Source of the DNA: Candidatus Calditenuaceae archaeon
GTDB taxonomy: Archaea > Thermoproteota > Nitrososphaeria_A > Caldarchaeales > Calditenuaceae
Length of the DNA stretch: 32,000 bases
Direction: 5' to 3'
Assembly: GCA_025059595.1 (NCBI GenBank)
Contig: JANXDI010000012.1
Coordinates: 1 to 32,000 of the forward strand
Position 1 is the stretch's first letter, and each line of letters begins with the position of its first letter. Under the pieces are notes generated by a model that made no database searches, was not told the origin of the DNA, and saw nothing but the letters and a program-made list of their open reading frames with translations. This document shows, piece by piece, positions 1 through 8,657 of this stretch. A program made the position numbers and the translations under genes.

Positions 1-324
1 GTCGAAGCCCTCTCACGAGAATCAGGCCGCGAGAGCCTCCGCCTACACATAACCCAGCTCGACATATACTTCGGCCAATTCAACTTCTGCTTCGGCCTCG
101 CCTCGAACAAGGCCGCCGTGGTCTCGACCTACAGGCTAAGACATCGAGACAGCGAAAAATACATCGAGAGGCTGAGGAAAGAGGCCGTTCACGAGGTCGG
201 CCACATCCTCGGCCTAGGACACTGCCCCAACCCCCGATGCGTCATGTTCTTCAGCAACAGCATCCTCGACACAGACATGAAAGGCGAAAACCCCTGCCCG
301 AGATGCCTCAGCCTCCTCAAATAA
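1..324 (+). CDS. amzA: archaemetzincin-type zinc metallopeptidase, 5' end outside window
   Basis: Frame 1 is open from nt 1 (VEALSRESG...NFCFGLAS...). It contains HEVGHILGLGH (HExxHxxGxxH), then CPNPRC...CPRC cysteine pairs typical of archaemetzincins. Stop TAA at 322-324. Confidence 0.85.
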   Translation, partial: VEALSRESGRESLRLHITQLDIYFGQFNFCFGLASNKAAVVSTYRLRHRDSEKYIERLRKEAVHEVGHILGLGHCPNPRCVMFFSNSILDTDMKGENPCPRCLSLLK

Positions 325-330
325 CCCCTC

Positions 331-405
331 CGGGCCCGCTGGGACTCGAACCCAGGACCTCCGGCTCCGCAGGCCGGCGCCCTATCCAAACTAGGCCACG
401 GGCCC
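331..405 (-). tRNA. tRNA-Arg (anticodon GCG)
   Basis: The reverse complement GGGCCCGTGGCCTAGTTTGGATAGGGCGCCGGCCTGCGGAGCCGGAGGTCCTGGGTTCGAGTCCCAGCGGGCCCG folds as a cloverleaf. Acceptor GGGCCCG/CGGGCCC, anticodon stem CCGGC/GCCGG, loop CTGCGGA, T-arm CTGGG-TTCGAGT-CCCAG. No encoded CCA. Confidence 0.9.
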
Positions 406-426
406 GTTTCATACCGCGGGGTCTCC

Positions 427-437
427 CTAATTTATGC
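427..437 (-). promoter_or_regulatory. candidate TATA box for tRNA-Arg
   Basis: The minus strand reads GCATAAATTAG, centred about 27 nt upstream of the tRNA 5' end at 405. Confidence 0.35.
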
Positions 438-515
438 TTAGGAGTTATTGCCGTTATGTGGCGTAATGCATTATAGCTGGTTTGGTGATTGTTTTGAAGT
501 AAAGAGGGTTGGAGC

Positions 516-1259
516 TTGGCGCGGACGTTGATTGAGGTGGCGGGGCTTTGGAAGAGTTTTAATGGTGAGCCCGCCGTCCGCGGCCTGAACCTAGCTGTTG
601 GTGAGGGGGAGATTCACGGATTGCTTGGGCTTAACGGCGCAGGGAAGACGACGACGATTAAGTGCGTGGTTGGGCTTCTGAGGCCGGACCGAGGTGAGAT
701 AAGGGTCGCGGGCCGCTCGGTCTTCACCGACTCCTCGTTCAAGGATTTTCTTGGGTATCTGCCGGAGAACCCCTCACTTCCTGAATACCTAACCGCCGAG
801 GAGTTTCTCGTCTTCAGCTCGAGACTGAAGGGTCTTAGGGATGGTGAGGTGGGGAGGCGTGTCTCCGAGGCGGTTGAGCTTTTCGGTCTTCGGAGATACC
901 TCGACAGGCTTATCTTCGAGCTCTCGAAGGGTGTGAGGCAGAGGATAGCTTTCGCCGCAGCGATAGTGAATACTCCGCAGATACTGATTCTCGATGAGCC
1001 GTTCAACGGTCTAGACCCAGAGGCACAGAGCGTCGCTAAGTTTCTCATGAGGGAGACGGCGGAGAGAGGTGGGGCGGTCCTCGTCAGCACGCACCTCCTC
1101 GACTCAATTGAGCGCGTCTGCGACTCCGCGACAATCATCCACACGGGGAGAGAGCTTGCGTCTGGGACGCTAAACGAGCTCAGGAGCCTGGCCGGGCTGT
1201 CGAGCTCGGCTCCGCTTGAAGAGGCTTTTCTCCGCATAGTCTCGAGGAGCAGGACTTGA
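516..1259 (+). CDS. ABC transporter ATP-binding protein
   Basis: Walker A GLNGAGKTT, ABC signature LSKGVRQR, Walker B ILILDEP, H-loop STHLL. TTG start preceded by GAGGGTTGGAGC. Confidence 0.9.
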   Translation: MARTLIEVAGLWKSFNGEPAVRGLNLAVGEGEIHGLLGLNGAGKTTTIKCVVGLLRPDRGEIRVAGRSVFTDSSFKDFLGYLPENPSLPEYLTAEEFLVFSSRLKGLRDGEVGRRVSEAVELFGLRRYLDRLIFELSKGVRQRIAFAAAIVNTPQILILDEPFNGLDPEAQSVAKFLMRETAERGGAVLVSTHLLDSIERVCDSATIIHTGRELASGTLNELRSLAGLSSSAPLEEAFLRIVSRSRT

Positions 1260-2779
1260 CCCGGACGACGCTTCTACTACTGGCTGTCAAGCTGAAGCAG
1301 TATCTAGGGCAGGTCAGACGCTCCCCGCGCAACATAGTGTCTCTGCTCACAGTATACTTTGTCTGGCTCTCAGTTATCGGTCTAGTCTCGCTTATGCTGA
1401 GGTTCACGGGAATACTTTCCGGCACAGGCCCGCAGGGCTTCCTCGGCATACTTTCAGAGGTCACTGTCACGGCCATCCTAGCGGTTGGCGCTTTTCTCGG
1501 AATCAAAGGCGGAGTAACGGCTCTTCCATATGAGCTGGACTACGTCCTCACCTCTAACGTGAAGCCGCGAGTCTTCCTTCTTGCGGACCTCCTCTTCCAG
1601 CTCTGCCTATTAACTCTCTTCATAATTCCGCCGACATCCCTCATGCTCACAACACTCACATATCCTGGACACCTAGCCTATCTTGGAAGAGCCGTGCCGC
1701 TCTACCTGCTCGCCATTCTGATGTCTATCATGCTCTCGCACGTTCTTGGCGTGTCCCGGAGCATTTTGGGTGAGAGGTTGGTGAGGCTCTTGGGTTGGGG
1801 GCTCCTTACACTCATATTGACGCCTCTGCTACTCCTGGCGCTCCGGATTCCTCCAGCCTATCCCCTGACGCTTCATCCGGCACTCCTACTTTCGTCCGCG
1901 ATAGAGGCGAGGGGGGAGAGCCTATACTGGTTGACGCCCTACCTCGCAGTCCTCGGCCTCGCATACATCCGCCTCTCCAACATCAGCTTCTACTCATCAG
2001 TCTCGCCACTCCTCTTCACCGTCCTCATGGAGCCGCCCAGCAAACTCTCAAAATACATCAGGCTCCCGGCCGGGCTGGATGGCCTCCTTGCGCTGGGGGC
2101 TGCTCGGGGCTATTCATCCCTAATGTATAGGCTTCACCTCGTGAGGGTTCTGAGAGAAGGGAGCCTCTGGACCGGAATAACGGTTCTGCTTTTCCTGACC
2201 CTCGCTAACACGGCGGTCCCGAGGCTGATAGGCGTCGCCCAGTTTCCTGAAGTGGCCGAGCTGACCATGATAGCCCTCTACATCCCACTCCTTCCGGCTC
2301 TTCTCTCGATTAACTGGAGCATATCGGAGAGACCGAACACATGGGTCGTCAACCTATCCACTATGGGCGAGAAGCACTACATCCCGGGCCTCTTCCTCGC
2401 ATATGTTACCGTTACCTTCCCCTTCTCCATCCTCCTCTACGGCCTCGTCTCCATCGGCTCAGCCGATATGCCGTTCCTCCTAGTTGACATGGTGCTTCTA
2501 CTGGCCATGTCCATCTTCGGCTCAGCCCTCTCAATCCTCGTCTCACTAATCGCGAGGCTCTCACCCTCCCCCCTCTCCCTCACCTCCCTCCTCTACATCC
2601 TCATACCTCTCACAGGCTCAATCCTCCTCTCCCTCCCAATCCTAGTCATAAGGCTCTACGAGCCGCTAGCCAGCTCACCCACCCCAAGCCTCATGGCCAA
2701 CATGGCCGCATATGTGGGAGTCACGTCGGTGGCCCTCTACAAAATACTTATGATGGGGGGCGCGAAATATCTCAAATAG
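1256..2779 (+). CDS. large polytopic membrane protein, putative ABC exporter permease
   Basis: TTG start overlaps the TGA stop of the ABC ATPase (TTGA, 4-nt overlap), which suggests translational coupling. 507 aa, Leu-rich, with at least 10 hydrophobic segments. No family motif recognised. Confidence 0.6.
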   Translation: MTRTTLLLLAVKLKQYLGQVRRSPRNIVSLLTVYFVWLSVIGLVSLMLRFTGILSGTGPQGFLGILSEVTVTAILAVGAFLGIKGGVTALPYELDYVLTSNVKPRVFLLADLLFQLCLLTLFIIPPTSLMLTTLTYPGHLAYLGRAVPLYLLAILMSIMLSHVLGVSRSILGERLVRLLGWGLLTLILTPLLLLALRIPPAYPLTLHPALLLSSAIEARGESLYWLTPYLAVLGLAYIRLSNISFYSSVSPLLFTVLMEPPSKLSKYIRLPAGLDGLLALGAARGYSSLMYRLHLVRVLREGSLWTGITVLLFLTLANTAVPRLIGVAQFPEVAELTMIALYIPLLPALLSINWSISERPNTWVVNLSTMGEKHYIPGLFLAYVTVTFPFSILLYGLVSIGSADMPFLLVDMVLLLAMSIFGSALSILVSLIARLSPSPLSLTSLLYILIPLTGSILLSLPILVIRLYEPLASSPTPSLMANMAAYVGVTSVALYKILMMGGAKYLK

Positions 2780-2849
2780 TGTAGGCGGCCCCAAAAAGGA
2801 TTTTCCGTAAAACCCACTAAATTCCGACCAAATTTACCTACTTAGATAG

Positions 2850-4820
2850 TTGTCCCAGAAATGCTTTAATAACCCAGCCGTTAATGTATTTTCTAAGTTG
2901 GTCCAAGAGGCGAAGGAAGAGAAGGAGGTAAAGGTAAAGGAGAAGAAGGAGAAAAAGAAGGAAAAGAAAGAGGAGATAATCAAGCAGTGGAGGGGGATAG
3001 ACGTTAAGCCGCTTAACCCCTCCTTCGAGATTCTCGACAGATACGTAATGAGGGAGAAATTCGCTGAGGTCATTATAGCCTCTCCTCCCGGCAGGATTGT
3101 TGAGCCGATATACTACGTTGTTGAGACCCCCCTCACGCCCAAAGAGGAGACCGCTCTGGAGAAAGTTAAAGACATTCTGACCAAGGAGCTCGACTTCCCC
3201 AAAATTGGCGAGGAAGAGGAGGTTAGGAAGATTATTCACGACACCACCTTGAGGGTTATCAAGAAGTATAAGCGGGCGGTGGGAATGCCTTCTCTTTCAG
3301 ACGAGGTCGTTGAGAAGTTCTTGTACTATATTGATAGGGACCTCATGGGTTTCGGCCCGCTCAACGTGATTATGGAAGACTTCAAGGTCGAGGACATTTC
3401 ATGCGACGGGCTCAACATCCCGATTTACGTCTGGCACAGGGACTTCGAAAGCATGCCCACCAACGTCTCCTTCACGGATAGGGAGGCTCTCGACGACTTC
3501 ATAATTCATCTAGCCCATAAGGCGGGTAAGCACGTCTCATCCGCCTTCCCCATAGTGGACGCCATGATTTACGGGAAGCACAGGCTCGCCGCGACTTTCA
3601 GGGAGGAGATTTCTCCGCGCGGGAGCACCTTCACGATTAGGAAATTCAGGGAGAAGCCATTCAGCGTAACCGAGCTCATACTCAGCAACGTCCTGAATAG
3701 CGAGATGGGCGCGTATTTCTGGCTCCTACTCGAGAACAAGGCCAGCCTCATGCTAATAGGAGCGACGGGCAGCGGAAAGACAACCCTCCTAAACGCACTC
3801 ACGACCTTCATCAAGCCTAGGATGAAAATAGTCACATGCGAGGAGACCGCTGAGATTAACATTCCAAGGGACAACTGGGTCAGGTTTGTTACGAGAGAGA
3901 GCTACGGCCTCGGTGCGACGGAGAGGGGCGAGGTGGCCCTCTTCGACCTCGTTAAAACTAGCCTCAGGTATAGGCCAGACTATCTTCTAGTCGGTGAGGT
4001 TAGGGGCGAGGAGGCCTTCGTCCTCTTCCAAGCCATAGCGACCGGACACGGAGGCCTGACCACCGTCCACGCCGAAGACGTTGAGAGCGCGATTAAGAGG
4101 CTTATGAGCCCGCCGATGAATATTCCCGAGACACACATCTCCCTTCTCGATGCAATGGCGCTGATTCAGAGGGTCCAGCTCCGCGGCAAGACCCAGCTCT
4201 ACGGCAGGCGCGTCAGGTTCATCTGGGAGGTTGAGGACGCCCACAAATACAGGAAGATAGCCGAGTGGGACCCTGTCACGGACACGTTCAGGGTAAACTT
4301 CGCTAATAGCCTCCAAATAGAGAACATCTCGCTGATGAATGGTATTAGTAAGGAGGACCTCATGCTTGAGCTCTGGAGGCGGAAGGAGCTCCTCGAGTGG
4401 ATGCGAGAGAACAAGATAACAGACAACGACAAAGTCGCGAGCATTATCCTCTCCTATTACGCAGACCCTGAAAAGCTGATTGCCGAGGCGGGAATCACTG
4501 TTAGGAGGCCGCCTATTCCCGCTGTGGCAACGCCTAGGAGGCTGGAGACCGTCGCTCTGCCCACCGCGCTACCGTCCGTGGTCTCGAGCTCTCCGCAGCC
4601 AGCTGCTCCGACCGTTAGTGCGGAGGAGCTGGAGAGGGAGGTTAAGCCGATAGCCGACTACATCGTTGAGGCTATTCTCAAGAGGAGTGGCCCGACTCCG
4701 TATTGGCAGGTCTTCGTAAAGACGCCCTATCCGAGGGACGTGATTATCAGGGCTATGCGCTACCTGAAGGACAAGAGACGCATCGATATTATCGGCGGCG
4801 TTGTAGAGCTTATGGAGTAG
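2850..4820 (+). CDS. type IV filament assembly ATPase (FlaI/PilB/VirB11 superfamily) with extra N- and C-terminal regions
   Basis: Walker A GATGSGKTT, Walker B/Asp box DYLLVGEVRGEEA, His box GHGGLTTVHAED. The N-terminal domain pattern EPIYYVVETPLTPKEE is typical of archaeal FlaI-like ATPases. The exact start is uncertain (TTG 2850 or TTG 2898), but it must lie upstream of ATG 3047 because the conserved N-domain begins before it. Confidence 0.9.
   Translation: MSQKCFNNPAVNVFSKLVQEAKEEKEVKVKEKKEKKKEKKEEIIKQWRGIDVKPLNPSFEILDRYVMREKFAEVIIASPPGRIVEPIYYVVETPLTPKEETALEKVKDILTKELDFPKIGEEEEVRKIIHDTTLRVIKKYKRAVGMPSLSDEVVEKFLYYIDRDLMGFGPLNVIMEDFKVEDISCDGLNIPIYVWHRDFESMPTNVSFTDREALDDFIIHLAHKAGKHVSSAFPIVDAMIYGKHRLAATFREEISPRGSTFTIRKFREKPFSVTELILSNVLNSEMGAYFWLLLENKASLMLIGATGSGKTTLLNALTTFIKPRMKIVTCEETAEINIPRDNWVRFVTRESYGLGATERGEVALFDLVKTSLRYRPDYLLVGEVRGEEAFVLFQAIATGHGGLTTVHAEDVESAIKRLMSPPMNIPETHISLLDAMALIQRVQLRGKTQLYGRRVRFIWEVEDAHKYRKIAEWDPVTDTFRVNFANSLQIENISLMNGISKEDLMLELWRRKELLEWMRENKITDNDKVASIILSYYADPEKLIAEAGITVRRPPIPAVATPRRLETVALPTALPSVVSSSPQPAAPTVSAEELEREVKPIADYIVEAILKRSGPTPYWQVFVKTPYPRDVIIRAMRYLKDKRRIDIIGGVVELME
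2912..2976 (+). repeat. polypurine tract encoding a Lys/Glu low-complexity segment
   Basis: 65 nt contain only two pyrimidines (t2929, t2935), and 2936-2976 is uninterrupted purine. It encodes KEEKEVKVKEKKEKKKEKKEE in the N-terminus of the ATPase ORF. Confidence 0.8.
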
Positions 4821-6594
4821 TCTGGAGCTCGAACAATCCTACTGTTATATTTCCGGATAACCATATGGCTATGAGGGAGATTACTGACATTATTATGGCG
4901 TGTTTGAATCCTCCGGCTATCGTTGAGCCTGAGATTTTACCGGCGACTATTCCGCTTATGACTGCGATTATTATGACTGGTGGGAGGAAAAAGTGTATGA
5001 ACTCAGCGGACGATATGCTTAGGCGGGCAAGCTTCAGCAGGCCCTTCATGAAGGAGACAAGTATGACTACGACGACTATGAGGAGGACCGCGGTGAGGTA
5101 GGGAATAATCATCAGCGGCTTCAGCGTTGCGCGCTTCTGCCTCTCAATCTCCTCCAAGTCCTCCGAGAACGTGGCGAGAACTTCGAATGTCTCCGGCGCT
5201 CCGCCGCCGACATCTATCGCGTCTATCAGTATGAAGACTCCCGCCCTCTCGAGCCAGCCGTAGGTCCGCTTGGCAAAGTCCTCGTAAATCTTTCTGAGGG
5301 GCATTCCCCAGCCTATCTGCCTAGCCATGATTTTGAGGTGTTTGCTGAAGGCTCCGTAGGGGTTTCGCGAGAGGTCGATGATGCACCTCTCGGGGCTTAG
5401 GCCGGTCTTCCTGACCTCCGTGATGTCTCTGAGGAAGAGTGTGAGACCGTGGACGACTGAGAAGTTCTCGGAGCCATATCTCTGGTATGCGATTGCGGCT
5501 GGTGTGAAGAGGATTATGGAGAAGAGGATGAGGGCTATGGAGGACTCGTAGCCCATCTCGATTCCCATGGCCTTCCTTATCTCGACTATGATGCCGGATG
5601 TTATGTCGAAGGGCGGGATGTATTGCAACTCTGTGAGGAAGAAGGGCACCGCGAAGAGAGCGAGGAAAGCGAAGGCCGCGGGCATGGTGAAGTATAGGAC
5701 CCTCATCGGCCTCGGGTCTGTTATTGGGTATTTCGGCTGGCTTATGTCTGCGAGGTAGAGGAAGAGCACCGCGAGGAGGGGTAGGAAGAGGTAGGCTATC
5801 ATGGCGAACTGCTCGGAGGGCATTATGAGGAACTCGGTGGGGAGGGCTCTTGAGACTATGTAGATTGTGAATAGGACGAGTGAGAGCATCATCGTTATCG
5901 CCGCGTAACCCTCCATCAGCATGCCCATCCTCTCACCCACGATACGCATCTTACCCATCCGCGAGGTGAAAATCTGCTCCGTCTTCCTGATGAGGAAGTG
6001 GACCACGTCTCCGCCGCTCCGAATCGTCGAGGCGTAACCCATGAGGAGGTCTCTATACTCCTTGCTGGGTAGGCCTTTGGCCATCTTCTCGATTGCCGAG
6101 ACAGGGTCGAGTCCGCCGACCTTGACGTTCAGGTCTGCGAGCTTGGCGGCCTTGGCTATGTTGGGCATGAGCTGGCTCTGGGCGAGCCGTGAAAGGCTTT
6201 TGTATGGTGGTATTCCGCCTGTGGACATGACTGCGAGGTAGGCGGCGGCGTAGGGGACCTCGCTCTCGAAGAGCGTCGCGGCGGAGGAGGCAGCCATGTA
6301 TGGCCAAGCAAGCCCCAAGCCGAGGGCGATCAGGGGGATACTCCCAATGAGCCCAAGCCCAATTAGGCTGCCTGTGAAAAGATAAACAACAACGGCCAAG
6401 GGGATGGAGATTATCGCAGTTACCACCACCACAGCAGCCACAATTGAAGTGAAGACCTCCGGGTAGATGCGTTTCCCAGCGCTCTCGAGCTTGGATGGTA
6501 TTCCCGGCGCTATTCGGAGAAGAAGCGTCCCAAGACCCCTAAAGTTCGAGTATGAGAAGCTGGTGAAAGACTCGCTGAACCCCATGACTAACAA
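4810..6594 (-). CDS. FlaJ/TadC-type polytopic membrane platform protein
   Basis: 594 aa with two soluble T2SS-F-like segments (e.g. GYASTIRSGGDVVHFL and IMARQIGWGMPLRKIYEDF...IDAIDVGGGAPETFE) separated by clusters of TM helices. It sits next to the ATPase. ATG at 6594 lies about 20 nt downstream of a TATA box. Confidence 0.85.
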   Translation of the reverse strand: MLVMGFSESFTSFSYSNFRGLGTLLLRIAPGIPSKLESAGKRIYPEVFTSIVAAVVVVTAIISIPLAVVVYLFTGSLIGLGLIGSIPLIALGLGLAWPYMAASSAATLFESEVPYAAAYLAVMSTGGIPPYKSLSRLAQSQLMPNIAKAAKLADLNVKVGGLDPVSAIEKMAKGLPSKEYRDLLMGYASTIRSGGDVVHFLIRKTEQIFTSRMGKMRIVGERMGMLMEGYAAITMMLSLVLFTIYIVSRALPTEFLIMPSEQFAMIAYLFLPLLAVLFLYLADISQPKYPITDPRPMRVLYFTMPAAFAFLALFAVPFFLTELQYIPPFDITSGIIVEIRKAMGIEMGYESSIALILFSIILFTPAAIAYQRYGSENFSVVHGLTLFLRDITEVRKTGLSPERCIIDLSRNPYGAFSKHLKIMARQIGWGMPLRKIYEDFAKRTYGWLERAGVFILIDAIDVGGGAPETFEVLATFSEDLEEIERQKRATLKPLMIIPYLTAVLLIVVVVILVSFMKGLLKLARLSISSAEFIHFFLPPVIIIAVISGIVAGKISGSTIAGGFKHAIIMSVISLIAIWLSGNITVGLFELQTTP

Positions 6595-6609
6595 TCTATC
6601 TACGACGGA

Positions 6610-6619
6610 TTATATATAA
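6610..6619 (-). promoter_or_regulatory. TATA box for the platform gene (near-leaderless)
   Basis: TTATATATAA lies 16-25 nt upstream of the minus-strand ATG at 6594. Confidence 0.5.
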
Positions 6620-6673
6620 GAGTTGTCTATCTTTAAGCCGAGCCACCGCTTCTACTGGAATTTTCAGTCTAGC

Positions 6674-6684
6674 AAAATATATAT
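6674..6684 (+). promoter_or_regulatory. TATA box for the small pilin gene (near-leaderless)
   Basis: AAAATATATAT is centred about 29 nt upstream of ATG 6709. Confidence 0.5.
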
Positions 6685-6708
6685 CAGGGAGACCAGAATC
6701 ATTCGAGT

Positions 6709-7110
6709 ATGATGAATAGAAGAAAAGCAGGTATCAGCCCGGTCGTAGCAACGGTGATACTCGTCGCAGTAGCAATCGTAATAGCCATCGCGGTAGCCTT
6801 CTGGGCCTCAGGACTCGTAGGAGTCTTCACAAGATTCGAAAAAATAGAGATACAAACAGCATACTGGGACGGAGAAAGAGTCGTAGTGATTGCGAAGAAC
6901 ACCGGGTCAAGCCCAGCAGTAGTAGACATGATATTAGTGAACGGATTGCCCTGCGTAACGGCAACAAACATAGCACTTCCGGTGGGAGGCTCAGCCATCA
7001 TCAATGTCAGTGTAGGAGCCACCTGTGTTCAACAAGGAGGCATTACTAACGAGATTGCACTCCACACAACTAGCGGAAAGACCTACCCAGTAGCGGTCCT
7101 CGTACCGTAA
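6709..7110 (+). CDS. archaeal type IV pilin-like protein (class III signal peptide), candidate major pilin
   Basis: N-terminus MMNRRKAG|ISPVVATVILVAVAIVIAIAVAF has a short basic leader, Gly at -1, and a hydrophobic helix, as in the archaeal pilin N-terminal domain. This is followed by a small beta-rich domain (VVVIAKNTGSSPAVVDMILVNG). 133 aa with two Cys. Confidence 0.85.
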   Translation: MMNRRKAGISPVVATVILVAVAIVIAIAVAFWASGLVGVFTRFEKIEIQTAYWDGERVVVIAKNTGSSPAVVDMILVNGLPCVTATNIALPVGGSAIINVSVGATCVQQGGITNEIALHTTSGKTYPVAVLVP

Positions 7111-7123
7111 ATTCGCAGCCCAA

Positions 7124-7139
7124 TATTTTTATTGTTTTA
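7124..7139 (+). terminator. oligo-T archaeal terminator candidate after the pilin gene
   Basis: TATTTTTATTGTTTT begins 14 nt after the TAA stop at 7108-7110. Confidence 0.4.
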
Positions 7140-7214
7140 CCCCCTGCAATTGTTATCTAGCCCCCTCTCTAAACCTTTAAGGCTTATAGACTACGAATCT
7201 TTCTTAGTCTACCC

Positions 7215-8117
7215 TTGAGCCGCGCCGGGCATAGGCCTCTCCGCACGCTGGTGGTAATCTGCGCATATAATGAGGAGAATAGCATCGCCACGCCAGTCGC
7301 TCAGGCCATCCGAGAAGGCTTCGAGGTTCTGGTCGTTGACGACGGAAGCGAGGATAGGACGTCGGAAATCGCTAAGGCCCATGGTGCCGAGGTAATCAGA
7401 AACGACGTGAGGGGTGGAAAGGCTTTAGCGCTGAGTAGAGCGATATCTTACGCGAAGGAACATGAATACGAAGCGATAATTGAGGTAGGTGCAGACGCGG
7501 TGCCGGTAGAGGGAGGCATAAGCAGGCTATACAGATACCTCACCCTTCCAAGCGTAGGAGGTGTCTCGGCGCGCCAAATACCACTGGGGAGTGGGCCGGC
7601 ATACAGGATTGATGAGCTCATGTGGAGCATTCTAGCGGAGGGGAAGTCGCTTCAGCAGAGGCTGGGCAGGCAGGTCCACCTCGGCGCGGTGATGTATGGT
7701 GCCAAACTCAGGCACATTAGGGCAGTTGCAGGGGTAATCAACGATGACGAGTTCGTCGGCATACTCGTGAGCAGAGACGGTGGGAAAAACTACTTCGCGG
7801 AGGACTGCGTAGCCTATTTCGACGCATCCTCATCAATAAAGCACCTCTTCAATAGAAGGAAGCGCATGATATTGGGGCACCTCCAGCTCGGAAAATCAAC
7901 CGCGCCCAGCATGCAGCCAAGCATACTCACAGCCGCAACACTACTAGCAATAGTCAAGAAAACGTCCAGACTGATGTGGCTTGTACCTGCCCTAATAATC
8001 GAAATAGCGGCGCGCTTGTCGGCATTTAGAGATTCGCGAAAAGTCGATAAACTGGCGGAATACGTTAGGTGGCACACGCATGGAATGAAAAAACCGATAC
8101 AGCGCCATGTAACATAA
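7215..8117 (+). CDS. family 2 glycosyltransferase (polyprenyl-phosphate sugar synthase-like)
   Basis: N-terminal GT-A signature VVICAYNEENSI...VLVVDDGSEDRTSEIA and a C-terminal hydrophobic segment (LTAATLLAIV...WLVPALIIEIAA), as in DPM/ArnC/GtrB-type enzymes. TTG start. Confidence 0.85.
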   Translation: MSRAGHRPLRTLVVICAYNEENSIATPVAQAIREGFEVLVVDDGSEDRTSEIAKAHGAEVIRNDVRGGKALALSRAISYAKEHEYEAIIEVGADAVPVEGGISRLYRYLTLPSVGGVSARQIPLGSGPAYRIDELMWSILAEGKSLQQRLGRQVHLGAVMYGAKLRHIRAVAGVINDDEFVGILVSRDGGKNYFAEDCVAYFDASSSIKHLFNRRKRMILGHLQLGKSTAPSMQPSILTAATLLAIVKKTSRLMWLVPALIIEIAARLSAFRDSRKVDKLAEYVRWHTHGMKKPIQRHVT

Positions 8118-8169
8118 AGGCTAGCTAGGAGCCGTTATACGATGAGATTGAATTTTGTAATCGACGCCT

Positions 8170-8586
8170 TCAGATTCTTCCAATCAGTATGGCGCCCACT
8201 ATTATGAGGGCCACACCTATCCACTGCTCTGGGGTGGGTTTCTCGCCTAATGCTAAGATTCCGACCAGAACTATCGAGAGGATTGATAGTGAGAGGAAGA
8301 ATCTTCCCAGCATTACTCCGAGGTCGCTGTAAACCCAGTAGCTTAGGACAGCGACTGTGAAGCCCGTAAGCATGGCGAGTATGAACCACTTATTGAAGAA
8401 GAGCGTGAAGAGAAATGTCAGGGAGACCTCAGGCGCGCCGACCTCCCTCAACGCGAATCCCCAGAAGAGCGTGTTCAGCCCCACAAAGACGGCGACGAGA
8501 AGCCCAACAACCCAGATTGTAGAGTCCACTCCTCCCCCTCCTCGGAGCATTGTTCGCGGAGATTGCGGATATAACTCTTCAAACAC
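8170..8586 (-). CDS. small single-EamA-domain membrane protein (ArnE/F- or SMR-like candidate flippase)
   Basis: 138 aa with 4 predicted TM helices. The C-terminal GEKPTPEQWIGVALIIVGAILI is the typical EamA domain end. The start may instead be the internal Met (MLRGGGG, 8550). Confidence 0.6.
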   Translation of the reverse strand: MFEELYPQSPRTMLRGGGGVDSTIWVVGLLVAVFVGLNTLFWGFALREVGAPEVSLTFLFTLFFNKWFILAMLTGFTVAVLSYWVYSDLGVMLGRFFLSLSILSIVLVGILALGEKPTPEQWIGVALIIVGAILIGRI

Positions 8587-8657
8587 TCTGAGGGAGCGAG
8601 CATATCAAGGGATTAATAGGGCGGCTGCCGGCTCTTGGCCGGTGCGCTGACAGGGGC

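Noticed and set aside
189-476. ORFs 189-389 (-) and 237-476 (+)
   Set aside because: They overlap the archaemetzincin 3' end and the tRNA-Arg gene, so they are spurious.
614-1237. 207-aa minus-strand ORF inside the ABC ATPase gene
   Set aside because: Antisense ORF typical of high-G+C coding DNA. The plus-strand frame has complete Walker A/B and ABC signature motifs.
4703-5101. 132-aa plus-strand ORF spanning the ATPase end and the platform gene 3' end
   Set aside because: It is out of frame with the ATPase and antisense to the platform gene. No motifs.
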